From Kouleothrix sp. (GTDB lineage Bacteria > Chloroflexota > Chloroflexia > Chloroflexales > Roseiflexaceae): 64,000 bases of DNA. Positions 1 to 8,694 of the stretch are shown here, in pieces. Position numbers and translations under genes: made by a program. The stretch lies in the NCBI RefSeq assembly GCF_046328425.1, contig NZ_JAXLWP010000032.1, forward strand, positions 23,479 through 87,478, written 5' to 3'. Every line of letters starts with the position of its first letter. Within the stretch, counting starts at the first letter, position 1. The notes beneath the pieces are model-generated. The model saw only the letters and a list, made by a program, of their open reading frames with translations, searched no databases and was not told the origin of the DNA.

Positions 1-219
1 GACAAAGCCGGCGCGTACGGCATCCAGGGGCTCGGCGGCCGGCTGGTGCGCGCGGTCGGCGGCAGCTACACCTGCGTTGTCGGCCTGCCGCTGCCGAACC
101 TGCACCGGCTGCTGGCAGCCGCTGGCTTCAGTGGATTACACGACCCAGCCGACGCATACCAGCGCTGGATCCAGGCACAGGGAAAGGAGCCGCTGCCATG
201 CCCTCCCACCTTTCCATAA
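1..219 (+). CDS. Maf-like nucleotide pyrophosphatase, C-terminal fragment (5' end outside window)
   Basis: Frame-1 translation [38 protein letters not shown] matches the conserved Maf C-terminus (AYGIQ ... GSY.NVVGLPL). Stop TAA at 217-219. Overlaps the next gene start. Confidence 0.6.
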   Translation, partial: DKAGAYGIQGLGGRLVRAVGGSYTCVVGLPLPNLHRLLAAAGFSGLHDPADAYQRWIQAQGKEPLPCPPTFP

Positions 220-950
220 AGCTGCTGATCGTCGACGATCACCCGCTGTTTCGCCAGGGCGTGCGGTCGGCGCTTTCGGCCTACGACGACATCGACGTAG
301 TGGCCGACTCGCCGAGCGGCGAGGATGCGCTGGAGTGGCTCGAGTCGGCACCGCCCAACCGCGAGCCGAACGTCGCGCTGGTCGATCTCAACCTGCCGGG
401 TATGAGCGGAATCGAGCTGACGCGCCGGCTACGCCACCAGTACCCGAGCCTGGGCGTGGTGATCCTCAGCATCCACGAGAGCGACGACCACGAGTTCAGC
501 GCGCTCGAAGCCGGCGCGGCCGATTATCGCTCGAAGGATGTGCACCCCAAAGAGCTGGCCGATGTCGTCCGGCGCGTCGCGCGCGGCGAGTACGTGATCA
601 ACGATATGGTCGAGAAGCCCAAGGTGGCCAGCCGGCTGCTCTCGCAATTCCGCAGCCTCTCGCAAGGCTACGACTCGACCGACCCCGAGTTTCCGCTGTA
701 CAACAAGCTCAGCGACCGCGAGATCGAGGTGCTCGAGCGTATCGCCGGCGGCGGCAGCAACAAAGACATTGCCGACTCACTCGGCATCAGCACGCAGACG
801 GTGAAGAACCATATTTCGTCGATCCTGCGCAAGCTCTCGCTCAACGACCGCACCCAGGCGGTGATTATGGCGCTACGGCGCGGCTGGATCGGCACGCCCG
901 ATATGCTCCCCGGTATTGCCCCCGACGCCGACCTGGGCGATGTTGATTGA
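198..950 (+). CDS. NarL/FixJ-family response regulator (REC + LuxR HTH)
   Basis: N-terminal receiver domain ([15 protein letters not shown] ... DLNLPGMSG) and C-terminal LuxR HTH ([43 protein letters not shown]). RBS AAGGAG upstream of the ATG. Confidence 0.9.
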   Translation: MPSHLSIKLLIVDDHPLFRQGVRSALSAYDDIDVVADSPSGEDALEWLESAPPNREPNVALVDLNLPGMSGIELTRRLRHQYPSLGVVILSIHESDDHEFSALEAGAADYRSKDVHPKELADVVRRVARGEYVINDMVEKPKVASRLLSQFRSLSQGYDSTDPEFPLYNKLSDREIEVLERIAGGGSNKDIADSLGISTQTVKNHISSILRKLSLNDRTQAVIMALRRGWIGTPDMLPGIAPDADLGDVD

Positions 951-1051
951 TGCCCACGGCGCTGTGAAGCTGGTGCAGCTGCGGCATGCGGCTTCGCCAG
1001 GCACGGCTGCAGAATCAATCGGCGCAATGGCCACAGGGCATACCTGGCGGC

Positions 1052-3628
1052 CTACCGCCCTACGGTGATGCTGCTGATGTTGTTATACGGCCCGCCGTGC
1101 AGCTCGTGCGATTCGAGCACTGCGCCATAGTCGGTGTTGACATTCGCCGAGTCGACTTGGGCGTAGATAACATCGCCTGGCGCGATCGGCGTGCTAAGCT
1201 GGCTCAGCGCCGGGTGGTAGAACTGGTCGCCAACCACAAGGGTGAGCCCGGCGTTAGGCGCCAGCGGCAGGCCGCCCGAGGTCACGCCCCACACCAGCCC
1301 TTGTTTCCCTAGCTTCGGCCAGGTCTCGTTCACATGCGTCGGCGGCACAGCCGGGTTGATATACGCGTCGACCCAGAACGCATTCGTTACCGCGGCGCCG
1401 CCAATATTTTTGATCGTCACCTGCACCTGCCCGCCCACTACTGCGATCCGCTCGACGATCAGATCGGGCTCGCTCAGCTGCGCAACCACCGGCAGATACA
1501 CACGGAACGATCGCTCTGGCGCGTCTACGCGCGTGGCCGTGGGCGTACTTGTCGCCGTGCGCGTAGCCGTGCGCGTGGCCGTTGGCGTGCTTGTCGCCGT
1601 GCGCGTGGCCGTTGGCGTGCTTGTCGCCGTGCGCGTAGGCGTGCGGGTGGGCGTTGGCGTGCGGGTGGGCGTTGCCGTGCTGGTTGCGGTATTCGTCGCC
1701 GTAGGCGTATTTGTCGCCGTGCGCGTGGGCGTTGCCGTGTTCGTTGCGGTATTTGTCGCCGTGCGGGTGGGTGTTGCCGTGTTCGTTGCGGTATTCGTCG
1801 CCGTGGGCGTAGGCGTCGCCGTGCGTGTAGGCGTAGCCGTGGCTGTTGGTGTGCTCGTAGCAGTATTCGTAGCCGTGGCTGTTGGTGTGCTCGTAGCGGT
1901 ACTCGTAGCCGTGGCCGTTGGGGCTGCCTGCACCTGAACAAACACCTTCGCCGCGGCGCTGGCCGCGCGCCCATCGCCAGCACCGTAGAAGAACGTATCG
2001 GTTCCGCTGAAGCCAGCGGGCGGGCTGTAGCGTACATACCCGCCGCTGATCGCAACGCTGCCACCGCGCGCCGAAACCGGCTGCACAAACTGAAGCGCGA
2101 GCGGGTCGGCGTCGGCGTCGGCGTCGTTTGCCAGCACCGCGAATGTAGCCGGTGTATCAACCAGGGTGCTGAAGCTATCGTCGCGGGCGGTTGGCGGATG
2201 GTTTTCGGCCGGCTGCACAAGCGTACCGGGCGAGGTGATCGCGATCGTCCCAACAATCGCCGCCGGCGCCCCGCCGTTGGCGTTGTTGAGATCGATATTC
2301 TGCTGCGGCGTCAGTGCGCCGTCGCCCTCGAGCGCGAATGGCGCGGCGTTCGCAGCCGCCTGCTCGAGCCGGATGTTGCGCACGTCGACGGTATTGCCCA
2401 GCAAGCTTAGCGTCGCCGTGACCGCCGGGCCGCCGGAAAGCAGGCTGATCGCGGCGTCGGAAGCGGCCGGCGCGGCAGACTGCACGCTGTTGATCACGCT
2501 ATTATCGCGGATGATCAGATCGTATGTGGCCGCGCCCAGCGCCTGCGCCGCTATCCCGCTGCCGCTGGCGCCATCGACATGGTTGCCCGCGATCAGCGCG
2601 TGCTGCTGCCCGCCCGTGCCGTTGGAGCCTACGAGCGCGATCGCGTCGCCGCCAACCGCGCTCACCTGGTTGCGCAGCACCTGCGCGCCGATCCGCGCAC
2701 CCGCCTGCGCCTCGAGCCGCACGCCGCCATCCCGCGCCACCGTGGTAATGCTGGTATCAGCTATTGTTATGTTAAGCTCTGGCGCGCCGTCGGCGGTGCC
2801 GGCCACAATCGCCGGGCCAGCGTCGCCGGCAAGGCCGGTGATCGTGTTCCCAGTTACCCAACCATTGAACGCCGCGGCGCCCGAAGCCCGGAGCGCCACC
2901 GCGCTGCCGCGCAGGTTGGTGAAGGTATTTGCGTCGAGTGTGGCGCTGACAACCGCGCTGGCGGCGCTAATCTCCACGCCCATGCCGCTACCGCTCGGGC
3001 TAGCGCCGCTGCTAAAGCTATTGCCGGCGATGGTAAGCGCAGCCGCGCCGCCCTGCAGGGCGATACGTACGCCCGCGTGAGCGGTATCGCTGAAGCTATT
3101 GCCGGCCAGCAGCACATTCGTAGCCCCGGCCGCCATGCTTAGATCAATCGCGTCGTGCGCGGCGGGGTCGCTGCCGATCGGGCCAAAGCTGCTGTTGGCA
3201 ACCACAAGGCCGGGGAGATCGGCAAGCGCCACGCCATCGGCATCGGCGCTGGCTATACGCAGGCCGTCGAGCGTCAGTACGCCATTGAACGCGCCACTAT
3301 TCTGAATTTTCACGCCCGCACCGCCCAGCGCGGCGCTGCCAGGCCCGTCGAGCGCGAACAATGTGAGGTTACCGGTTGCGCCACCGGACGCGCTGCCCAT
3401 GCGTGCGATATCGACATTTTCGTCGTAGCTGCCGGCGCGGATGAGCACTGCATCGCCGGGGCTGGCGTGATCGATCGCCGCCTGAATGCTGGCGAAATCG
3501 CCCGCGCCGGGGCCGACTATCAGCACCGCCGCATACACATTGGCCATGGGGCGAGCGAGCCACGCGGCTGCCAGCGCCAATGCCAGCACCAGCGCCGCCC
3601 AACGGCCAGCAGTGGTTCTTCGAAGCAT
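1052..3628 (-). CDS. secreted right-handed beta-helix repeat protein with Thr/Pro/Ala tandem-repeat linker and C-terminal CARDB-like domain
   Basis: ATG at 3628 is preceded by AAGGAG and followed by a signal peptide ([27 protein letters not shown]). Long run of NxxGxxG/TxTxT beta-helix repeats. About 130 aa of PTATxT repeats, then [22 protein letters not shown] (CARDB-like). The ORF track's N-terminal extension back to 3709 is not supported by an RBS. Confidence 0.75.
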   Translation of the reverse strand: MLRRTTAGRWAALVLALALAAAWLARPMANVYAAVLIVGPGAGDFASIQAAIDHASPGDAVLIRAGSYDENVDIARMGSASGGATGNLTLFALDGPGSAALGGAGVKIQNSGAFNGVLTLDGLRIASADADGVALADLPGLVVANSSFGPIGSDPAAHDAIDLSMAAGATNVLLAGNSFSDTAHAGVRIALQGGAAALTIAGNSFSSGASPSGSGMGVEISAASAVVSATLDANTFTNLRGSAVALRASGAAAFNGWVTGNTITGLAGDAGPAIVAGTADGAPELNITIADTSITTVARDGGVRLEAQAGARIGAQVLRNQVSAVGGDAIALVGSNGTGGQQHALIAGNHVDGASGSGIAAQALGAATYDLIIRDNSVINSVQSAAPAASDAAISLLSGGPAVTATLSLLGNTVDVRNIRLEQAAANAAPFALEGDGALTPQQNIDLNNANGGAPAAIVGTIAITSPGTLVQPAENHPPTARDDSFSTLVDTPATFAVLANDADADADPLALQFVQPVSARGGSVAISGGYVRYSPPAGFSGTDTFFYGAGDGRAASAAAKVFVQVQAAPTATATSTATSTPTATATNTATSTPTATATPTRTATPTPTATNTATNTATPTRTATNTATNTATPTRTATNTPTATNTATSTATPTRTPTPTRTPTRTATSTPTATRTATSTPTATRTATRTATSTPTATRVDAPERSFRVYLPVVAQLSEPDLIVERIAVVGGQVQVTIKNIGGAAVTNAFWVDAYINPAVPPTHVNETWPKLGKQGLVWGVTSGGLPLAPNAGLTLVVGDQFYHPALSQLSTPIAPGDVIYAQVDSANVNTDYGAVLESHELHGGPYNNISSITVGR
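1530..1920. repeat. in-frame DNA tandem repeats encoding the (P/A/S/N)T(A/R)T Thr-rich linker
   Basis: Repeated gccgtgcgcgt(a/g)g(c/g)cgt(t/g)ggcgtg units are visible directly in the sequence. The translation is ...[23 protein letters not shown]... Confidence 0.7.
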
Positions 3629-3711
3629 GTGCGGCTCCTTTACGCTCGGCGCCAGCGTCCGCTGAGCGGCCAAAACGCAGCGCGGCGCCGTCGCGCGTCT
3701 GCTTATCATAC

Positions 3712-4165
3712 CAAATTCGCTTGATTACTTACACTTTGGTGGGGGTTTGGGGGCGGCTTCGCCGCACCCAAAGTTCTTTTTGTGCTGCACTACCTGGCGA
3801 AGCCACGCAGTGCAATACAATCTATAGGTGTATGACTTACGCAATTGGCGCCTTTAGCCGTCGGCAGAGCGGTACTATGTTCCGTATCGTGTGCGGTGTT
3901 TCCGCACGGAGCACGGAAACACCGCACACAGAAGATGAATAAGTACCATGCTGCCGCAGGCAAATGCACCCGATTGAGCGAGCCGAACAAGGCAACTGCG
4001 TAAGTCCTAAGAAGCTGTTTGAAAAGGGTGGTTTGGAGGGACAAAGTCCCTCCAAGTTTCCACTTTTTCTGGCGGGTGGCGGCCACGAATGTGGCCGCCA
4101 CCCGCCAGAAAAAATGCGAGGGGGCAAAGCCCCTCGCTCACCCCCTTTTCAAACAGGCTCTAAGG
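3712..4165. repeat. composite REP/BIME-like mosaic (modules B, H, G, I, C)
   Basis: ccaaattcgcttgattacttacactttggtgggggtttggggg (module B) recurs at 29293, 38490(rc), 62670(rc) and 63926. Hairpin gtgtgcggtgtttccgcac / gcggaaacaccgcacac (module G) recurs at 9975 and 58535. gaaaagggtggtttggaggga ... ttctggcgggtggcggccac ... gtggccgccacccgccagaa ... (module C) recurs at 10190, 22225 and 29355. Confidence 0.8.
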
Positions 4166-4551
4166 TGATCAAGCGAAGAGTGTATCATAGCACGAGTGGC
4201 GCGACGCCCAGCCAAACAGCACGATCGCACCGCTCGGATCAAAGATAACTGAAACGCGTGTGGAAATACTAAGCTTTGCAGTAATGCCTGAATGGGCCTA
4301 TATATACTAGCGTAGGCCAGAGCGGGGCACATTTCAAGAAGATCATACGATACCAAGGGTAAAGAATCTACAAGCCGCAGCTCGCGGCCCGGTATGCCAC
4401 CGTAAAAACGGCAGCCTCCGGTCGCTGGCATAGCGAGCAGGGCAGCACCGCACAGCGGCGCCGCTCGTGCGATAGTGCTGCATCGTGCCAGCGCTATGAT
4501 AGCGGGGCGCATGCTATAATCCGCCTGATGGTTCGACACAAGGCGGCATGA

Positions 4552-5361
4552 ATGACCACAATTCTGATTGTGGGCGCGGCCGACACGGGGCGCGCGCCGA
4601 TCGCGGCGGCGCTGCTGCAGCGCCTGCTCGATACACAATACCCCGGCGCCCGCGCCGAGAGCGCCGGGGTGCTGGGCCACGACGGCGACCCGGCCGAGGT
4701 TGAGGCGCGCGACACAATGCTGCACATGGGCATCGACCTCTCGGGGCACCGCGCGCGCTCGGTCGACGACGCGCTCGCCGCTGCTGCGGCGCTGCTGCTG
4801 GCAATCGACAGCGGCACCGCGCTGGTGCTGCGCGGGCGCTTCCCAGGCGCGGCCGCGCGCGTGGCCACGCTGGGCGAGCTGGCCGGGCGCAAGCGCGACG
4901 TTCCCGACCCCTTTCGGATGCAGATCGGCGCCTGGATGACCTACGCGCGCGAGATCGACGACATGCTGCGGGCCGCACTGCCGGCGATCATCGGCCGAGC
5001 CGGGCCAGCTGCGCCCGCCCCGGCCGGTGGCGTACCTGAAGCCCGCCGCGCCGCCGCCGAGCGCCTGGCGCAGCTGCTCCAGCTCGCTGCCACCATGCCC
5101 GACGTGATCGATTGGAGTGTAGCGCGCGGCCGCCTCGATGGCGACCTAGCCGCCTGTGGCAGCGCGCCAGCTGGCGCATCCGACATGGTGGCCGCCTACG
5201 TGGCGCTGCTGCGCGCCGGGCTGGCGATGCTGCCGCCCAAGCCGGCGGCCACGCAGCTTGGGCTGCTGCAGCGCGCCACCACCCGCCTGAGCGACCCGGT
5301 CGACCAGGCGGCGCTGAACGAGCTTTCGGCGCAGGTCGCAAGCCTGCCAGCACTGGCCTGA
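4552..5361 (+). CDS. LMW protein-tyrosine-phosphatase/ArsC-fold protein lacking the catalytic Cys (P-loop VGAADTGRAP), with Ala-rich C-terminal extension
   Basis: ILIVGAADTGRAPIAAALL aligns to the LMW-PTP P-loop V-C-x-G-N-x-C-R-S, with both Cys replaced by Gly and the Arg retained. The DVPDPF motif (DPYY-like general-acid loop) is present. TGcTATAAT extended -10 at about 4511-4522. Confidence 0.65.
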   Translation: MTTILIVGAADTGRAPIAAALLQRLLDTQYPGARAESAGVLGHDGDPAEVEARDTMLHMGIDLSGHRARSVDDALAAAAALLLAIDSGTALVLRGRFPGAAARVATLGELAGRKRDVPDPFRMQIGAWMTYAREIDDMLRAALPAIIGRAGPAAPAPAGGVPEARRAAAERLAQLLQLAATMPDVIDWSVARGRLDGDLAACGSAPAGASDMVAAYVALLRAGLAMLPPKPAATQLGLLQRATTRLSDPVDQAALNELSAQVASLPALA

Positions 5362-5366
5362 CGAGT

Positions 5367-6455
5367 ATGAAACGCCCACATCCGCTGTTTCTAGCGCATA
5401 CCCAGCCCGGCTTCGAGGCAATCGCGATCGACGAGATCGAGCGCAGCGTCGATGGCGCGCGCGTGCGCGGCACCCGCAGCGTAGCGGACAAAAACGGCAT
5501 GGTGCTATTCGAGTACCCCGGCGACGCCCGCGACCTGCTGGCGCTGCGCACACTCGAAGACCTATTTGTGGTGGTGGCTACGCTGGAAAACCTGCCGCCC
5601 ACGCGCGAGGCGCTGCGGCTGATCGAGGGCTCCGCCGCGCGCGCCACGGCGATCACCTCGGCGCTAGCGCAGGCCCGGCAGATCGCCCCCGCGCGCGGCG
5701 GCAAAGGCAAGCTGCGCTTCAGGGTGATTGCCCGGCAGGTCGGGCGCGCGGCCTACCGGCGCGTCGACGCACAGCAGGCGCTGGCGCGCGGCCTGGCGGC
5801 GCGCGACGACCACCGCTGGCAGGCGGTAGACGATGGCGGCATCGAGTTCTGGCTGACGCTGCTGCCCGGCGAGGCGATCGTGGCGCTGCGGCTCAGCGAC
5901 GAACGCATGCGCCACCGCGAGTACAAGATCGAGCACCTGCCGGCCTCGCTACGGCCCTCGGCGGCAGCGGCGCTGGCGTGGCTCACGCGCCCGCACGACG
6001 ACGACCTGTTTCTCGAGCCAATGTGCGGCGCGGGCACGCTGCTGATCGAGCGGGCGCACATGGGCCGCTACCGGCTGCTGCTGGGCGGCGACATTCGCGA
6101 AGAGGCGGTGGAGCTGGCGCGCGCGAACATCGGGCCGCGCTACAAGCCGATCGAGCTGCGCCAGTGGGACGCGCGGGCGCTGCCTGTCGACGCGGGTGCG
6201 GCCAGTGCCGTGGCGGTAAACCTACCGTTTGGCCGGCAGATCGGCAGCACCGAAGACAACCGCCAGCTGTACCCGGCATTTTTGCGCGAGATGGCGCGCG
6301 TGCTGCGGCCGGGCGCGCGGCTGGTGGCGCTCACCGGCGACCGGCGCACCCTGGAAGAATCGCTACGGCGCGCAAGCAAGCTCGCGCGCCGTGAGTTCTT
6401 CCCAGTGATGCTGCTCGGCCAGCCGGCCGGCGTATACGCCCTGGAGCGCGTGTAG
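5367..6455 (+). CDS. THUMP-domain class I SAM-dependent RNA (m2G/m6A-type) methyltransferase (RlmL/Trm14-like, COG0116)
   Basis: MKRPHPLFLAHTQPGFEAIAIDEIE is a THUMP N-terminus. LEPMCGAGTLLIERA is the SAM-binding motif I. NLPFGRQIG is the NPPY-like catalytic motif. The ORF-track extension to 5112 is Arg-rich and overlaps the upstream gene. Confidence 0.8.
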   Translation: MKRPHPLFLAHTQPGFEAIAIDEIERSVDGARVRGTRSVADKNGMVLFEYPGDARDLLALRTLEDLFVVVATLENLPPTREALRLIEGSAARATAITSALAQARQIAPARGGKGKLRFRVIARQVGRAAYRRVDAQQALARGLAARDDHRWQAVDDGGIEFWLTLLPGEAIVALRLSDERMRHREYKIEHLPASLRPSAAAALAWLTRPHDDDLFLEPMCGAGTLLIERAHMGRYRLLLGGDIREEAVELARANIGPRYKPIELRQWDARALPVDAGAASAVAVNLPFGRQIGSTEDNRQLYPAFLREMARVLRPGARLVALTGDRRTLEESLRRASKLARREFFPVMLLGQPAGVYALERV

Positions 6456-6469
6456 CGCCAGGGGCGGCG

Positions 6470-7033
6470 CTACTTCACGCGCTCGATATACTCGCCGGTG
6501 CGCGTATCGACCCGCACTGTGTCGCCTTGGTTGACGAACGCCGGCACCTGGATCACCGCGCCGGTCTCGAGCGTCACCGGCTTGGTGATGTTGGTGGCGG
6601 TGTCGCCGCGCACCGCAGTGGACGCCTCAGTCACCTGCAGCGTCACGAAGAATGGCACCTCGACGCCCAAGATCTTATTGTCGTCGTAGAACAGCACGTC
6701 GGCCATCTCGGCTTCTTTCAGGAACCTGGCCGGCTCGCCGATATCGTCCTCGGGGATCTCGAGCTGCTCGAACGTCTCGGTGTCCATGAAGTGATACATC
6801 TGGCCTTCGCGGTAGAGAAACTGCATGGAGCGCTTGTCGACGCGCACAATCTCGATATCCGAGCCGGCGCGAACGCGATCCTCGATCACCTTGCCGGTCT
6901 GCACGTTCTTGAGCTTCATGATCACCATGGCGCGCCAGTTGCCTGGGGCATGGTGGTGAAACTCGACCACGCGATGCAGCGTGCCGTTATAGCGAATAAT
7001 AATATTTGTGCGCAGATCCGACGTCGTGGGCAT
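6470..7033 (-). CDS. efp: elongation factor P
   Basis: MPTTSDLRTNIIIRYNGTLHRVVEFHHHAPGNWRAMVIMKLKNVQTGKVIEDRVRAGSDIE ... over 188 aa is a full-length EF-P match, including the KPG-region equivalent. The ORF-track start at 7165 is an extension. Confidence 0.9.
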   Translation of the reverse strand: MPTTSDLRTNIIIRYNGTLHRVVEFHHHAPGNWRAMVIMKLKNVQTGKVIEDRVRAGSDIEIVRVDKRSMQFLYREGQMYHFMDTETFEQLEIPEDDIGEPARFLKEAEMADVLFYDDNKILGVEVPFFVTLQVTEASTAVRGDTATNITKPVTLETGAVIQVPAFVNQGDTVRVDTRTGEYIERVK

Positions 7034-7158
7034 GGCTATGCTCCTGTCCATAGAAAGCGCCGCCCTGTGGTGGCGGCGCAGTGAAAGCCGTGAAACGCTA
7101 CCCGATATTATAGCAGAACTGCGCCGGTAGGCGCAAATTGCGCGCCGGCACGCGCGGG

Positions 7159-7187
7159 TTGACAATCTTGATATTCATAGCTATAAT
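7159..7187 (+). promoter_or_regulatory. consensus sigma70-type promoter TTGACA-17-TATAAT driving the tRNA cluster
   Basis: ttgaca atcttgatattcatagc tataat ends about 8 nt before tRNA-Leu. Confidence 0.65.
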
Positions 7188-7197
7188 GCGGCACGTG

Positions 7198-7286
<89 letters not shown>

Positions 7287-7290
7287 ACAC

Positions 7291-7366
7291 GGGCGATTAG
7301 CTCAGCTGGTAGAGCGCCTCGCTTACACCGAGGTTGTCGGCGGTTCGAGTCCGTCATCGCCCACCA
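7291..7366 (+). tRNA. tRNA-Val (anticodon TAC), encoded CCA
   Basis: Acceptor gggcgat / atcgccc. D-loop agctcagctggtagagc. Anticodon stem cctcg / cgagg with loop ctTACac. T-loop ggttcgagtcc. Confidence 0.85.
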
Positions 7367-7443
7367 GAGTTACGGGTTTGCGAGCTTGCCTTTTGAGCCG
7401 GCCCGGCTTGAAGCTCAGCGCTCGGTCCCCATAGCTCACGCTC

Positions 7444-7519
7444 GCCAGGGTAGCTCAGTTGGTAGAGCGCGTGTCTGAAAAACACGAGGTCACCGGATCG
7501 TCCCCGGTCCCTGGCACCA
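7444..7519 (+). tRNA. tRNA-Phe (anticodon GAA), encoded CCA
   Basis: gccagggtagctcagttggtagagc ... anticodon loop ctGAAaa ... ggatcgtcccc ... ccctggcacca. Confidence 0.85.
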
Positions 7520-7523
7520 GCAT

Positions 7524-7557
7524 CAGAGAGCGGTAAAAGCCGCTCTCTTTTGTTTTG
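7524..7557 (+). terminator. rho-independent terminator after the tRNA cluster
   Basis: cagagagcgg taaaa gccgctctc followed by ttttgtttt. Confidence 0.6.
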
Positions 7558-7640
7558 CCTGCGCGACTTGACAGGCGCGGCGGGCGCGTGTATTGTGCGC
7601 CCATGCTACCGAAGCCGCAGTGCCGCGCCTGGAGGCCAGT

Positions 7641-8579
7641 ATGCCCGCGCCCGCCCGCCGCGCCCCGTTCAACTGGGGCAGCGCCCTCGACTACCTGCTG
7701 ATCATTGTCTCGGCGATGGTCTCGGCCGTCAATGTGGCGCTGTTCCTGGCGCCGCACCGGATCGCGCCCGGCGGCGTCAGCGGCATGGCCATTCTGATCA
7801 ACGCCGTCACCGGCTGGTCGATCAGCCTGGTGATGCTCGGCTTCAACGTGCCGCTGCTTGCGCTCGGCTTCCGCATGCTCGGCGGCTGGCGCTTTCTGCG
7901 CCGCTCGCTGATCTACACGATCATCTCCAGCGGCGGCGTCGACGTGGCAGCGCGCTTCTTTCCGGCTACCGGCATCAGCCACGATCTGCTGCTGAACGCA
8001 ATCTACGCCGGCGTGGTCGGCGGCATTAGCGCGGGCCTGCTCTACCGCGGCGGCGGCGCCGGCGCCAGCACCGGCATTATCTCGCGCGTGCTGCAGCGCC
8101 TCACCGGCATGCCGCTGAGCCAGGCCTACCTGTGCGTCGACGGCGGCATCATTCTCGTGGCGGCGCTCCTGTTCAGCTGGGAGGCCGCGCTGTACGCGCT
8201 GATCACCCTGTTTATCTGGGGCGTGGTAGCAGACTATGTGCTCGAGGGGCCGGGGGTTGTGCGCATCGCCACGATCGTCACCGACCGCGGCGACCGCGTG
8301 GCCGACGCGATCATGCACCACCTGGGCTACGGCGTGACGGCCTGGCGCGGCGAAGGGAAGTACACGCACCAGGCCCACGACGTGCTGTTCACCACGATCA
8401 ACCGCTCGCAGGTGAGCGAGCTGCGCGCGCTGGTGGCCGCCGCCGACCCCGACGCGCTGCTGGTGATCGGCCAGGGCCACCAGGCGCTCGGCCATCGCTT
8501 CCGGCCGCTGCGCCCGCGCTTCGCCTCGCTCCAGCTCGATTTAGGAACCGACGAGGCGGCCGAGGGCGACGCGCGCTAG
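7641..8579 (+). CDS. YitT-family (DUF161/DUF2179) integral membrane protein
   Basis: Multi-TM N-terminal half (DYLLIIVSAMVSAVNVALFLAPHRIAPGGVSGMAIL ...) and C-terminal DUF2179-like soluble domain (VVRIATIVTDRGDRVADAIMHHLGYGVTAWRGEGKY). Upstream TTGACA-17-TATTGT at about 7568. Start could be 7593 or 7641. Confidence 0.65.
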   Translation: MPAPARRAPFNWGSALDYLLIIVSAMVSAVNVALFLAPHRIAPGGVSGMAILINAVTGWSISLVMLGFNVPLLALGFRMLGGWRFLRRSLIYTIISSGGVDVAARFFPATGISHDLLLNAIYAGVVGGISAGLLYRGGGAGASTGIISRVLQRLTGMPLSQAYLCVDGGIILVAALLFSWEAALYALITLFIWGVVADYVLEGPGVVRIATIVTDRGDRVADAIMHHLGYGVTAWRGEGKYTHQAHDVLFTTINRSQVSELRALVAAADPDALLVIGQGHQALGHRFRPLRPRFASLQLDLGTDEAAEGDAR

Positions 8580-8694
8580 CGCCGCCCCAGCCGCATGCGG
8601 CATTTTCGGCCCGCTCCCGGCCGCAGCCTGTGGTATAATCCAGCGACCCACCGACTACGGGCCGGAGGCCCACCAGATGTTCGAGGAGGAGCTT

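Noticed and set aside
986-2410. + strand ORFs (986-1312, 1242-1937, 1334-2410) and the minus-strand ORF 1525-2256, all overlapping the beta-helix gene
   Set aside because: The Arg/Val-rich low-complexity translations mirror the Thr-Pro tandem repeat read in other frames. The only frame with coherent domain structure is 1052-3628 on the minus strand.
4138-4978. Minus-strand ORFs 4138-4749, 4494-4892 and 4514-4978 opposite the pseudo-phosphatase gene
   Set aside because: They are Arg/Ala-rich antisense frames. The + strand frame carries the LMW-PTP fold signatures and a promoter/RBS context.
5112-5366. N-terminal extension of the THUMP methyltransferase ORF (track start 5112)
   Set aside because: The extension is Arg/Ala-rich and overlaps the C-terminus of the upstream gene in another frame. 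An ATG at 5367 directly precedes the conserved THUMP N-terminus.
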